A stretch of DNA of 64,000 nt from the human T2T-CHM13v2.0 reference genome, Homo sapiens, in the NCBI GenBank assembly GCA_009914755.4, contig CP068257.2, positions 12,480,001 through 12,544,000 of the forward strand. Direction: 5' to 3'. The notes under the pieces were generated by a model. It saw only the letters and a program-made list of their open reading frames with translations. It was not told the origin of the DNA and did not search any database. The translations under genes and the position numbers were made by a program. Below are positions 1 to 13,024 of the stretch, in pieces. The number at the start of each line of letters is the position of its first letter. Positions within the stretch are counted from its first letter, which is position 1.

Positions 1-830
1 AAAATAGCAGTGTTGAGGAAACTAAAAGGAATTCAAAATAACACAGAGAAGGAATTCAGAATTCTATCAGATAAATTTAACAAAGAGATTGAAATAATTA
101 AAAAGAATCAAGCAGAAACTCTGGAGCTAAAAAATGCAGTTGGCACACTAACAAAAGCATCACAGTCCTTTAATAGCAGAATGGATATAGCAGAAAGAAG
201 AATTAGTGAACTTAAAGACAGGCTATTTGAAAATACAGTCAGAAGAGAAAAAAGAATATAAAGCAAGGTAGCATGCTTACAGGATCTAGAAAATAGCCTT
301 AAAAGGGGAAATACAAGATTTATTCACCTGAAAAAGGAGGTAGAGAAAGAGATAGGGGTAGAAAGTTTTATTCAAAGGGATAATAACTGATCCAAGATAA
401 TAACAAATAACAGGGATAATACCCAAACCTAGAGAAAGATATCAATATCCAAGTATAAGAAAGTTATAGAATATCAAACAGATTTAACCGAAAGACTACC
501 TTGAGGCATTTAATAATCAAACTCCCAAAGGTCAAGGATAAAAAAAGGGTCCTAAGAGCAGCAAAAGAAACAAATAAAATGTTATGGAGCTCCAGTACTC
601 CTGGTGCCAGACTTTCAGTGGAAACCATGTAGGCCAGGAGAGAGTGGCATGACATATTTAAAGTGCTGAAGGAAAAAAATAAGTTTACCATAGAGTAGTA
701 TATCCAGGGAAAGTATTTTTCAAGCATGAAGAAGAAATAAAGACTTTCCCAGAAAAACAAAAGCTGAGGGATTTCATTGATACCAGACCGTATTGATTAC
801 AATGTTCACCATTGAGGTTTTGGGCACACT
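1..830 (+). mobile_element. LINE-1 ORF1-derived fragment (older L1 subfamily), cut by the window edge
   Basis: Frame translation reads as L1 ORF1p (…AERRISELKDRLFENT…, …ARREWHDIFKVLKEKN…, …FPEKQKLRDFI…) with stops and frameshifts; A-rich sequence follows. Confidence 0.6.
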
Positions 831-1639
831 AATAGCCCAGACTTCACCACTCCACAATATATTCATGTGAGAAATATGCACCTGAACCCCCTAAACATAG
901 ATAAAAAATAAAAATAAAGATTAAAAAATTAAAAAAGATTTCAGGACAAGTAATATAACTGGATAGATAGATAGATAAAAAAATAAAGATTTCAGGACAA
1001 ATAATATAACTGCATATTGGCTGTCTAAGTTTATTCTCTAAATTAAAGACAGCTTTTTGGCTGTTCTTCAGTGAATAAGTGCTCTCATTTATCTAGAGAA
1101 CAGCATAATATTTTTAAAAGAATCTGGAAATGATTGAACTAAATCCAATTAAGCTGAATAACTAGAGGAGTTAAAACAAGTGTGCAAGGCACTCAGACTA
1201 AAGCTGCAAAATTTTGGTATCCATATAAATTTTATTAATTTTTTAATCAAGGTATTTTTATAAGAAAAAGTCACTTAATTTTCTCCAATTATGGAATACT
1301 TATATATTTATTATATATTTGGAAAAAATTGTCCCTAGCCATCATTATGTTGTGATAGTTCTGCAATTTTAATGATTGCATAACATTTAATATTACAGCT
1401 ATTCCATAATCAATGTATAAATTACCCTATTATTGAGCAGTCGATTTATTTATAATTTTTAGCATTGTTAATCAAATTGTAAATGTCTTCTATAGAAATA
1501 CATACGTGCATTTTAGATCTTTCATTTTATTTATTTAACAAACATTTACATAACACTTATATGCCAGGCAATATATTACATTCTTTATAAATATTACATT
1601 ATTTAATCTTCTTAACAATTCTGCAAAATAGACTATAAC

Positions 1640-1790
1640 TACTCCCATTTTACAGGTAAGGAAAATGAGGCACAGAAAGGTTAATCATATTTTCAAGGTA
1701 ATAAAGCTAGTAATTAGCTGAACTGAAATTCGAACCAGGATACTCTGGCTCCAAAGCTGACACTCTTAAATGTTACTTTCTGCTATGTCT
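1640..1790 (-). mobile_element. MIR SINE fragment
   Basis: ccattttacaggtaaggaaaatgaggcacagaaaggttaa…ttcgaaccagga…ctccaaagctgacactcttaa is the reverse complement of the MIR core region. Confidence 0.55.
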
Positions 1791-2164
1791 CTGAAGTATA
1801 AATTCTAGAAGAGGATAGGGCCAGAAGTATTAACACTTGGGGATTATTAGAGTATTTTATTCACTTATTTCCAAATTGTATACTATACCCAGTATACAAT
1901 TTATTAGTGTATTTTATTATTAGTGGGGATTATTAATGTATTTTATTCACTTATTTCCAGTATATGTATACAATTTTACATACCTACAATTGGTGAAACA
2001 AGATGGCAATTTCAGTATAATTTCAACAATATACTTTTTTTACAGTTTGGGAAGAGATATATTATGTCTCATAGCCTTCAATTGGGTTTAAGCATTTAAA
2101 AACATGTCTATTAATCATTTTTTCTTTCTTTTTAAAATTGTTCCATGCCAATGTATTTATTTCT

Positions 2165-3060
2165 GCATTTATTCATTCAACAACTATTCCTTTAGTGCCC
2201 AATATGTACCAGGCACAGTTCAAGGCACTTGAAATAAGTCTTTGAAGAAAATACATAGACTCAACATCCTCAAGAAACTTATCTTCTACTTGCAGAGATA
2301 CAAACAATAAACAGCAAACATATGTACAGAGGACAGTATAGATAATAACTCCTACGAGAACAACAAAAAATTCCAGGTAAGAGGATTGATAGTGGAAGAG
2401 CTGCTGCTCACAATTGTAAACAGGATGATAAAAGTAGGCTTCATTGAGAAAATGGCATTTGAACAAAAGCTTGGAGGTGAGAAAGTTAGCCATCGGCACT
2501 TCAAGGGGAAGAAATTTCTAGGCAGAGGGAACATCCAGTACAAAGGTTCTAAGGAGGATCCTACCTGGTGTGTCCAAGGAACAGCAAAGAAGGCTGTCAG
2601 GATATAGCTAAGTGTGCAGGTACAGTAGTCAAGGCGTTGAAATTGGGAGGTATGAGGCAGTGGAGATACTAGTTAGGTCATGTGGAGTTTGTAAGCTATT
2701 GTGAAGACTTTGGCTTTTATATGAAGTGTGAAGGCAAGACTTTTGAGATTGTTGAGCAGAGGTGTGACATAACCCACTTTTAAAAGGGTCACTCTGGACA
2801 ACAAATTATAGGACAACAAATTATAGGACACAAAGCTAAAAGCAAGAGAACACTTAAGAGGCTATTTTAAGAATTCAAGGAGAGATGATAAAACTTAGTG
2901 AGTTTGTAGCAGTACAGGTGGTAAAGAATTCTGGATATTTTCAGAAGGTAGGAACAAAGAGATTTCATGATTGGATGATGAGTGAGAAGAAAAAGACTAG
3001 TCTATGATGAACCCAGGTTTCTTGGCTTAAACAACTGGAAGGATATTTCTTTCCATGTTT
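2165..3060 (-). mobile_element. LINE-2 (L2) 3'-terminal fragment
   Basis: Starts with cattcattcaacaa…gcccaatatgtaccaggcacagttcaaggcac, the reverse complement of the shared L2/MIR 3' tail, followed by L2-like blocks (…gagcagaggtgtgacat…ttttaaaagggtcactctgg…caactggaaggat…). Confidence 0.5.
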
Positions 3061-4854
3061 CAACTAGAACGTATTTTAAAAATATTTTTGTAAAAGTTAT
3101 TTATATATAAATAATTTAAATCCATCTATGTCATATACATTACAAAAGTTTTCTCAGTTTACTTTTGTTGATTTTGTTTGTGACATACAGTTTTAATTTT
3201 GTATATTTGTAGGCAACCGTAATATTTTTCTTTCAGTTTCCTGTTTTGGCTTTCATTATTGTGCAAATATAAACATTTGCCTAGATTTTCCTCCATTTTT
3301 TTGTTTATCAGTATACATTTAATACTTTACCATATATAAAATTAATCTTGATATATGACATATCAAAGTCTTTTTCACTTGTCATTTATTCCAGCATCAT
3401 TTTCTGTAATGCTCTTCTTATCATCTATAAAATTCTATTTTGGAATTTTCCATTTATTCCATTATATTCTTCCTCAAGCATCAAATATCTTTATTGTTGT
3501 TTTGGAATATTACTGTTTCATAAAGCTGTGAACATTACATTCATTATTCAGTCTGTTTGGCTCATCTTATTATTTGTAATTCCAAGTTGATTAGGAACAA
3601 CCAAGCAACATCTACCTTAGATTTTGACTGGAGTCATGTTAATCTTGTAGGTGCATTTAACAAGAATGGCTATTGCTATAACATTGAATCTTCTACTCCG
3701 TTGATAATTTTTTGAATATTTGCAGAATTCTCTTCATCATCAAAGTTTTAAAATAAAATTTATAAGAATGGGTCTAAATGTTTGTTCTTTTCGTTCTTTT
3801 AGTTCCTGGTTTTCAGTTCATCCTTTCCATTTGAGATCTGTATCTTCTTTTCCTCAGTTGAAGGGGAATTTTTTTTTATTACATCCGTAGTTAGTTCTTC
3901 TGCTGTGTCTCCTCTTCAGCAACATTAGGTATCCAAAATATTGCATTTCAGTTATTTCACCCTAAGACCCTATTTTCTCTATTTTTATATCTCCTTATTC
4001 TATAAGTTATTGATAAATATATTTTCTACATTATTGGTCAAATCTATTATTTACTATTTTAATGTTGATACCAAATAACTTTAGTTGTTTTTTTTTTTAA
4101 CTCAGCCAACCTTCTTTTAACTGCAATCAGTTGTCCCATCATCTCACTCTTCACTCGTTCTTATATGGATTTTTGTTTTCTTAACTACCATTGAGAACAT
4201 TGAGCAATGCTTTATGGAACTTTCTTCTGTTTCCTGTTATAAATCTTTTAAAAAGTCAACCTTATTTCTAAATCTTGATTGTTATACCTTTTCTTCTTGC
4301 ATTGCTATGCTGCATTAGGCCTCATTTTGTTGTTGTTTTGTGTTTTTCTTGTCCACTTCTGCTTAAATGACGAAAGTGGTAGCTGCCCTGGCATTTGCCC
4401 ATGTACACAGAGGGTGGATTATCCTTGGTTCTTTTTACCGTCCATATGAATGGAACTAAATTTCTGTTTCTCATCTTGAGCTTATGTGTTGTTTTATATG
4501 CAAATATTCTAGCTAAATTTCTGATGTCTGGCCAAGATTTACATTGTGTGCTGCCTCTCGACTGAGGAGGAAATTCTCTTGTATTTATGATACCACAGGG
4601 AGAAAACTTCATCCCTGGATAATATAAATTCTTTAAATTTAAATCCCAGGAAGAAAGCATGCACTACAACTTCTAGACATCTCTAATTATACTCCAACTT
4701 TACATTTAGAAGGTATTAATAAGGCAACAAGGGGACAACAACCCCTGTTACAATGATGCAAAACTCCTGGCCCCTTTACAGCCTAGCCTTAGTGGACTAC
4801 AAATATAATTTCTATTCTTATGTTTAGTGGAGGCTTTGCATCTTCAAAATAACA

Positions 4855-5045
4855 GTCGGGGGTTGGGGGACTAGGGGAGGGATAGCATTAGGAGAAATAC
4901 CTAATGTAGATGACAGGTTGATGGGTGCAGCAAACCACCATCGTACATGTATACCTATGTAACAAACCTGCACATTCTGCACATGTATCCCAAAACTTAA
5001 AGTATAATTAAAAAATAGAATAAATTGAAATAACATTGAATAAAT
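4855..5045 (+). mobile_element. 5'-truncated LINE-1 insertion retaining only the 3' UTR terminus, with A-rich tail
   Basis: ggggagggatagcattaggagaaatacctaatgtagatgacaggttgatgggtgcagcaaaccacca…aacaaacctgcacattctgcacatgtatcccaaaacttaaagtataat matches the primate L1 3' end; aaataaca occurs on both flanks. Confidence 0.75.
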
Positions 5046-5183
5046 AAATGAATACATAAACTAACCTAAAGGAAATAAACAAAAATGTCAGCATATTAGG
5101 TCAATGGCTTAATTATAGATTATAATAATTATGTATTATATAAGTATATTTATAGATTATAGATAATATATTATATATATATT

Positions 5184-5498
<315 letters not shown>

Positions 5499-7318
5499 TA
5501 GATTTTATATTTATACTATAATTAGTATATTAACTTACACTTATATTTGATAAATATTTTAATATCTATCAACTCAATTATTTGCATTATCTGTCCTAGG
5601 AAGTACTTTCCTGACATCAAGTTCCCTAAGATGTGAACTTTAATCAGCATGCTACTTGAATTTTAATCAGAATCATAGAGTAAAAATTGCCCTGGAAGAG
5701 TGTTTTATAGAAACTCTAGAAAAACCCAGCGAAATATGCCTACTCCACAATTGTATTTGCTGTTCTAATGACCAGATAATGGAATCCCCAAATACAGTAG
5801 CCCTTTACCATTAAAAGTATTAGATGTTTTGGAAAAGAGAGAGTGATGAGAAGCAAAAATAACAATAATAATAACAGATACAGAGATTAGTTGAAGATTG
5901 AAAATCTTACAGCTCTAGTCCTTCAAGGCATGATCCCTCCCCACTATATACTTTCATAGGGAATGATATTGCTAATGTTCCTGCCGAAAATGTTCAGATA
6001 TTTTGGCATTTTCAAAGGCAAGGAACAATACAATTACTCCTAGATTTTTGCCATTATAGCAACATCTGATTTATTGACTTTTCAGTAACTAAATAATATC
6101 ACACCAAAAGTTATAAAATGACTTCCCAACTCTCTTCTGTTGATATAGACCCCACCTAAATGTATATTATTATCATTTATTATTTTTATTTTTACTCTCC
6201 ACAGGTTCTTGTGTACTGTGTTTAACATTGACAAGAAGATAATTAGGAAATAAATATATATAAATACAGGAACATAAAGAGAAATAAAGAGGAAGCACCA
6301 CAGTCAACTAAAAAAGAGAGATTCCCAGCAACCTACACAACCATTTCTATAGGCTCTCAGCTGATGCTTAGTGTTTGGACAACTCATACATGCAGATTGA
6401 CAGATGACCAACTTATAAAAGAGATTTTTAATAATTCTTAATGATTTCACAGGGTGTTGTCAATGGAAATATGGATTCTTCTACAGCAAACATGTACATC
6501 TATATCATGTGGAACAAGGATAGTGGGAAAACCTCTGATTGTGAGGACGTAGAACTGAGAAGAGCATATGAAATGTCATAAGAAAAACACTTCTGGAGCA
6601 TGTCGTCTTCAAGAAAATGGTGCCCAGACAGTCAGGATTGTGTTACATTTTAATAGGAATGGGGATATTTGTGATATACTGACAAACCAAGACAGGTGAC
6701 TATAAAACTGCAATGTAAAGTGTCAGCTTCTCCTCACACCTTTATAGTAGACATCTGAGAACCTCACTCCTGTCAGCATATTCTTGGGGTTGAATCTCAA
6801 GTGATCCATAGAATCTTAGATAAAGCAGATGAAAATAGGCTTTTCTGTCTTCCTAAGTAAACAGCAATGAAGTTGAGAGAAAGAAGATATTGCTGGAAGT
6901 CATGATAAAGTCTATCTTCTGTGACCATATGTTTCCTTAGAGAGTTTTAGACATTGACCCTCATCTAAAAAATTGTGAAAAAGGACTCTCACCAGTCTGT
7001 TAATATGTATGTATATGAAAGAAATTACTGGTAAACTTCTAAGGCAGGCATTGGTGTTACTTTTTTTTATCTTTATTGTGTCTGTGAAATGATTGTGTGT
7101 ATTTTTTCTTTGATTAGACAATGAGATTCCCAAATAAATTTTATTAAAGCCAAAAAAACCTTTATACCTTTTTGAGATTCTAATATTTATGTAAAATATA
7201 GTCTGAAATACACAATAAACAGATATTTGAATACATGAATTTTTAAACCATTACTTAAGAAACCAATATTTTCAAGTTTAAAAGATAACATGTTGAAATC
7301 AAAATTTAATTTTCTTAC

Positions 7319-7495
7319 CTTTCTGGGTATGTAAGTGATTTTAACATGAGACTCTGGATCTTGTATGTGCATGTGGAACACTGCAGATTTGAGCTCTGGA
7401 AATATGTCAAACCAATGCTTGAAATATTTACAAAGTCATTATAAAATTGAGCAAGAATCTTGACTTCTTGAAGTTTATAAAATGGTTTGTTCTTT
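7319..7495 (-). CDS. LIPI: Lipase (phospholipase A1 family) coding exon, presumed exon 9; encodes (E)KNKPFYKLQEVKILAQFYNDFVNISSIGLTYFQSSNLQCSTCTYKIQSLMLKSLTYPE(R)
   Basis: Minus-strand acceptor tttctctctag|AAAGAAC and donor GAAAG|gtaagaaa. Phase is continuous with exon 8 (GA|A = E). Homologous to the LIPH C-terminal beta-sandwich region; the gene name comes from recollection of LIPI and needs a BLASTP check. Confidence 0.85.
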
Positions 7496-8054
7496 CTAGA
7501 GAGAAAATTTGATACACGCAGCATATTAATAATTTGAAACATAACTCAATTCTAAAATCAATATAATCCTAATAAGGGAGGCCACAGAGAACAAAATTAT
7601 AGGGAAAAGGCCAAACAAAATATTATTGCAGTATTTATTAAAATAATTAAAACCGTAATTTATAACAGAACAAAATAATAAATGCAAAATAATAATAAAT
7701 GCATTCCCTCATAGAACTATTTTGAAAATGCTTCTTTTGGGAAAAAGTGACATGTCTTTCTGAGTAGATGTCTAGATTTTACATTTGACTAGAATTAGAG
7801 AAGTCATCCTATATGTGTTTTTTAGACCCTTTAACAACTATCACAGTTCCTTAAATAGACTAGGTGCTTAACGGACAACTTAAAAATATTTTATCAAATA
7901 TTTTTGACCTAGAGCAATAACTTATAAAGGCCTGAGATTCAAAACAGAAATACAGTGTTTAATAAGTACAATTTTCTGTGCATTTACAATGTAATTAAGC
8001 TTTACATGCTTAACCTCATTTAACTACCTGAAAAACTCCTTTTATTAGGTACTA

Positions 8055-8150
8055 TGAGTATTACCATTTTACAGATAAGAAAACTGAGCATCAGAGCATA
8101 TAAATGTCTTTCCCAAAGCCACACAGCTAATAATGCTCCTCACTGCTCTG
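8055..8150 (-). mobile_element. MIR fragment
   Basis: ccattttacagataagaaaactgagcatcagag…cccaaagccacacagctaataa resembles the reverse complement of the MIR core. Confidence 0.4.
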
Positions 8151-8278
8151 CTCAATTTCTCATCCCTATGTGCCAGAAATGTGGGTCCCTGGAGTCATTT
8201 ATCTCAACCTGGGCTTTCATGACCCCAAGAGGAACTCCAGCTACTCTATTGCACTTTTTCTCACTAGAAAAAACTGAT

Positions 8279-8430
8279 GGCAAAGAGGAGAAAGAGAAGG
8301 AGAAGGAGGAAGAAGAGGTGTAGGAGGAAGAGATGAAGGAAGAGAAAGAAAAGTAGAAGGCGGAGGTGGAGGAGAAGAAGGAGGAGAAAGGGAAGGGACT
8401 AAAGAAGAGGACAGAAGTGAAGGGAAAAAA
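8279..8430 (+). repeat. GA-rich polypurine tract (GAGGAGAAAGAGAAGGAG… about 150 bp, almost pure purine on the plus strand)
   Basis: Read directly from the sequence. Confidence 0.85.
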
Positions 8431-9487
8431 AGTTTTTTAAAAAATCAGTTCAAAGAAGTTTCTCTTTTGAGCCAACAACAACTTGGTTAATCAAAGGTGA
8501 CAATCACACAGAGAACAGCTGAAGAGTAACTAGTAGGGCACCCAGCACTCCCTGCCATCTCATATTTTTTCCTGCTCTCTTTTTGATTCCTTGCAGCAGT
8601 TAGACACCAGAAAAAGGACATGATCATTCTACTCAAAGTCCATTTCTGCTACCTCCTGGCAGGGTTACCACCTTCTTTTTCACAGACTATAATGTCATTA
8701 GATATATCACTAATGTCTTTCCATGAACATATCCAAATTTTTCAGCGATAATTCAAATTCAACATATCCAGATAGGAATGTGTTATCTTTCCATACAAAC
8801 TCACAGCCACACCAGTGTTTTCAATTACCAACAGTTTGCTCATGACTACAAAATCTCTACCTTCAGCTAAGGCCTGTATGCTAAGTTTTAGTTACATGTA
8901 TCCACTGTCATTTATCGTGTCCATGTGGATATCTTAAGGATGCCTGAAGCTCACTAGGTTCAAATCTAAATGACTCATCTTCTCCAACACTTTCTCCAAC
9001 CAAAAAAAAAAAAAATACTAAAACTAAAACTTACATTGTCTCAGAGTATTAAATGGCATCACCACCTATTACCCAAGTCAAATAACTAGGATTCACCCTT
9101 GATAGTGCCCTTCTTTCAACCTCCACATTCAATCTATCAGAAATTTATATTGACTTTACCTCTGAAATATCAAAACTGATTTGAATCCCTCATTTTTCCA
9201 TTTCAACTATAAACCTTCAAACCCAGGGCACCATTGTGTCATGTCTATATTCCTGCAACAGCATCTTGCTTTGTATCTCTCCAATCCACTGTGGTTAAAT
9301 TGTTTTTCCAAAAGAAAAATCCAACTGTGGCCTCAACCTGACTGCCACAACTAAAATACTTCAGTGGTTTTCATGTGCCCAGTGAATAAAATATAAATTC
9401 TGGAACATGGCCTATGAGTTCTAATTTCTATAATATATCTAAGTGTTCTCTAGATTTCTCCTCTCTTTCTTACTTTCCCAGTCTCTA

Positions 9488-9786
9488 TTTTTTTTTTTTT
9501 TTTTTTTTGAGATGGAGTCTCACTGTCACCCAGGCTGGAGTGCAGTGGTGCAATCTCGGCTCACTGAAACCTCCATCTCCCAGGTTCAAGTGATTCTCCT
9601 GCCTCAGCTTCCTGAGCAGCTGGGACTACAGGCACACGCCACCACACCCAGCTAATTTTTGTATTTTTATTAGAGACAGGGTTTCACCATATTGGCCAGG
9701 CTGGCCTCGAACTCCTGACCTTGTGATCCACCCACCTTGAACTACCACAGTGCTGAGATTACAAGCGTGAGCCACCATGCCCAGCC
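9488..9786 (-). mobile_element. Alu SINE, full length, minus orientation, T21 tail
   Basis: t(21)gagatggagtctcactgtcacccaggctggagtgcagtggtgc … gattacaagcgtgagccaccatgcccagcc. Confidence 0.9.
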
Positions 9787-11149
9787 CCAGCCTTTATTCT
9801 TAAACACACTAAACTGCCTTCAGCTCCTGAAGTGGGTCATGCTTCTCTATGCTTCAGATTTTCTGTATTTATTGGTCCTTCTGCCTAGAATGCAGTAGGG
9901 CAATGACTGCTGTTCACCATTCAGGACTCGACTAATATAAGCATCAATAGAGAAACTTTTAGTCACCCCACTAATTGACATCCCCTATTTTAATTTTCTA
10001 TATACATTATGATTTATGTCAAGACTTTTTTATGAACAGATTTTACTTATATAATTTTATAATTATTTGACTATCCTTATATGTCTCATTATGCTACAAG
10101 CTTAATGAAGGTAAGACCATGACTGATTTTCTCACCACAGTATCCCCAGCACTTAACACAGTGCCTGGCTCCGTGTAGATAATCATTAAAAATTGTTTGA
10201 ATAGTAGAATGATGGACATCGTTGTTTTATTTTTATTATTAATTTAAAATCTATCTGCTATAGACATCTAATTTATATAAGAGCAGACATTTAATTTGTC
10301 CAGAATTGTATCCCCTATTCCTAGCACAGATCCGGGTCTATAGAAGAACTCAATAATTTGTAATGAATGGATTAAATTGGATTCTCTCCATGTATCTTTT
10401 AGCTCAGTATAATAGCATTATACTTTTTAAATAGTCACAAAGCTCAAAACTTGAAGTCACTCTAGATTGGTTTCTTTCCTTAACGTTCACTTATTCAATT
10501 AACCATGCAAACACACAACACGTCTATTCTAAAGCCCCAAAACCTCTGGAATCTCCCTTACCCTGTTTTTTTGTTCCCACTGATTTGGATCCAGGCTCAT
10601 GTTATCTTTCATATGAATTATCACAGTAACTACTTCTGTAGCCTCCTATCTCATGTCTTGCTCCCTCTAATCTCTCCATTACTCATATGTCTGGGCCATC
10701 TTTCTATCCTGAATATCCAATATTGATATTTCCCATTTAACATCCTATATTGGCATATTAATATATCTGGTCCAATGAATCATTAGTAGTATAGAAAAAA
10801 TAACATTCAGTATAAAAATCAGGATGCAGAACACATTTCAATCAGATCCTAATTTTGCTAAATAAAAAAAATCATATGTCTGCACATAGGGGCATGTACA
10901 AGAAGGAGGAAGGGGAAGAATGATTATAAACCAAATGCAAAGTGTAGGTATTCCTGGATGGTATAATTACAGGTGATCCCTATTTTCTATTATATAATAT
11001 TATACATTTTCTACAGTGAGTAAATATTCCTGTTTCCATTTTAAAAAGGAAAATAAAAGATCATTTAAAATTCTTTGACTCCTGTGCCATCTTAAAGACA
11101 ATTAAAATCCCAAAACATAATTAAATGTATACTCATGTGCTGCACAATG

Positions 11150-11490
11150 ATTTTTTTGTCAACAAAGGACTGAATATATGACAGTGGTCCCATAAAATTA
11201 TGACACTACATTTTCACTGTACCTTTTTCTATGCTTAGATATTTTTACATAGACAAATATTTACCATTGTGTTACAATTGCCTCCAGTATTCAATACCGT
11301 AGCATGCTGTACAGGTTTGTAACTTATTGCTTCTAGGTTATAAACCTATGCTACACTCCATATAGCCTACGTGTGTAGCAGGCTATACCATCTAAGTTTG
11401 GACTCTATAATGTCCAAGCAATGACAGAATCACCTAAATATGCATTTCTCAGAGGATATTCCCATTGTTAAATGATGAATGACTGTATTA
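11150..11490. mobile_element. Ancient DNA-transposon-like repeat fragment (Tigger1-like by recollection)
   Basis: …tatagcctacgtgtgtagcaggctataccatctaagtttgg…caatgacagaatcacctaaatatgcatttctcagagg…cccattgttaaatgatgaatgactgta matches a high-copy human repeat motif I recall as Tigger1 internal sequence. Confidence 0.35.
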
Positions 11491-11767
11491 GCAAATAATT
11501 ATTAACAGAAAAACAGTAAACCCATTAGCCAAGATTAGGTGGACAGATTACAACACATGCGTATATGTTCCTGTATTTTATATTCCTTCACAACAGTGCA
11601 CTAACTAATCCAAGTAGCTGAATAAAATTAATCACTATTTCATGCTGTTCCACATAGAATATAATGTTTGTAAATTAACTCAAGACCAACAGTTTCTTTG
11701 CCTTCTGAACAAATTTGAAACATCTGTTCTAGGCCTGTGTTCATGTGCAATTTTTGAATTTAGATAC

Positions 11768-13024
11768 TGTATTAGTCTGTTCTCATGTGGCTATGGAGAA
11801 ATACCCAAGACTTGGTAATTTATAAAGAAAAGAGGTTCAACTGACTCAACAGGTCTGCATTGCTGAGGAGGCCTCAGGAAACTTACAAACATGGCAGAAG
11901 GGAAAGCAACATGACCTACTTCATATGGTGGCAGGAGAGAGAAGAATGAGAATCGAGCAAATAGAGAAGCCCCATATAAAACCATCAGATCTCTTGAGAA
12001 CTTACTCTCTATCAAGAGAATAATATGGGGGAAACCACCCCTGTGATTCAATTATCTCCACCTGGTCCCGCCCTTGACAGGTGGGGATTATTACAATTCA
12101 AGGTGAGACTTCGGTAGGAACACAGAGTTAAACCAAATCATTCCACCCCTGGCCTTCCCAAATCTCATGTTCTCACATTTCAAAACACAATTATGCCCTT
12201 CCAACAGTCCCCCAAAGTCTTAACTCATTCCAATATTCACCCAAAAGTCCAAGTCCAAAGTCTCATTTGAGACAAGGTTAGTCCCTTCCACCTATGAGCC
12301 TGTAAAATCAAAAGCAAGTTAGTTACTTCCTAGATACAATGGGGGTACAAGCATTGGGTAAATACACCCATTCCAAATGAGAGCAATTGGCCAAAACAAA
12401 GGGGCTACAGGCCCCATCCAAGTCTGAAATCCAATAGGGCAGTCATTAAACCCTAAAGTTCCAAAATGATCCCCTTTAACTCATGTCTCACATTCAGGAC
12501 ACGCTGATGCAAGAGGTGAGCTCCCATAGCTTTAGGCAGCTCCACCCCTGCGGCTTTGCAGGGTACGGCCCCTCTTCCAGCTGCTTTCATGGCTAGCGTT
12601 GGGTGTCTGCAGGTTTTCCAGGTGCATGGTGCAAGCTGTCAGTGGATCTACCAATCTAGAGTCTGGAGGAATGTAGCCTTTTTTTCACAGCTCCACGAGG
12701 CAGTGCCCCAGTGGGAACTCTGTATAGGGCTCCAATCCCACATTTCCTTTCCACACTGCCCTAGCAGAGGTTCTCCATGAGGGCTCTGCCCCTGCACCAG
12801 ATTTCCACTTGGAGCTCCAGGCATTTCCACACACCCTCTGAAATCTAGGTGGAGGTTCCCAAACCTCAATTCTTGTCTTCTGCAACCTACAGAACCAACA
12901 AGAATAGTATGGGGGAAACCACTCCCATGATTCAATTATCTCAACCTGGTCCAATCCTTGACACGTGGGGATTACTACAATTCAAGGTGAGATTTGGGTG
13001 GGGACAAACAGCCAAACTATATCA
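11768..13024 (-). mobile_element. ERVL-MaLR-type (THE1/MST-like) LTR element: one complete LTR, internal segment, and a partial second LTR copy
   Basis: tgtattagtctgttctcatg…aggcctcaggaaacttacaa…ccatcagatctcttgagaac…gtgattcaattatctccacctggtccc…gtggggattattacaattcaaggtgagac…aaaccaaatca is the reverse complement of the THE1/MST LTR pattern. The terminal 135 bp recur at 12896-13024 at about 80 % identity. Confidence 0.5.

Noticed and set aside
4322-4660. 112-aa minus-strand ORF. An alternative frame (…KFKEFILSRDEVFSLWYHKYKR…) vaguely resembles the LIPH C-terminus (…LVLMENVETVF…), so I considered it as the missing last lipase exon.
   Set aside because: There is no acceptor site in the right phase and the similarity is at chance level for AT-rich sequence. 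Both frames read better as decayed L1-derived sequence.
3060-4810. AT-rich block between the L2 fragment and the L1 3' stub that I suspected to be antisense old L1
   Set aside because: I could not match any translated frame convincingly to L1 ORF1 or ORF2, so it is left unannotated.
7655-7700. Minus-strand IYYFVLL* about 190 bp upstream of exon 9, resembling the start of exon 8 (TYYFVLSIIV…)
   Set aside because: It hits a stop after seven codons and has no splice sites. The true exon 8, with full motif and boundaries, is at 15279-15390. This is a chance AT-rich match or a decayed duplicate.
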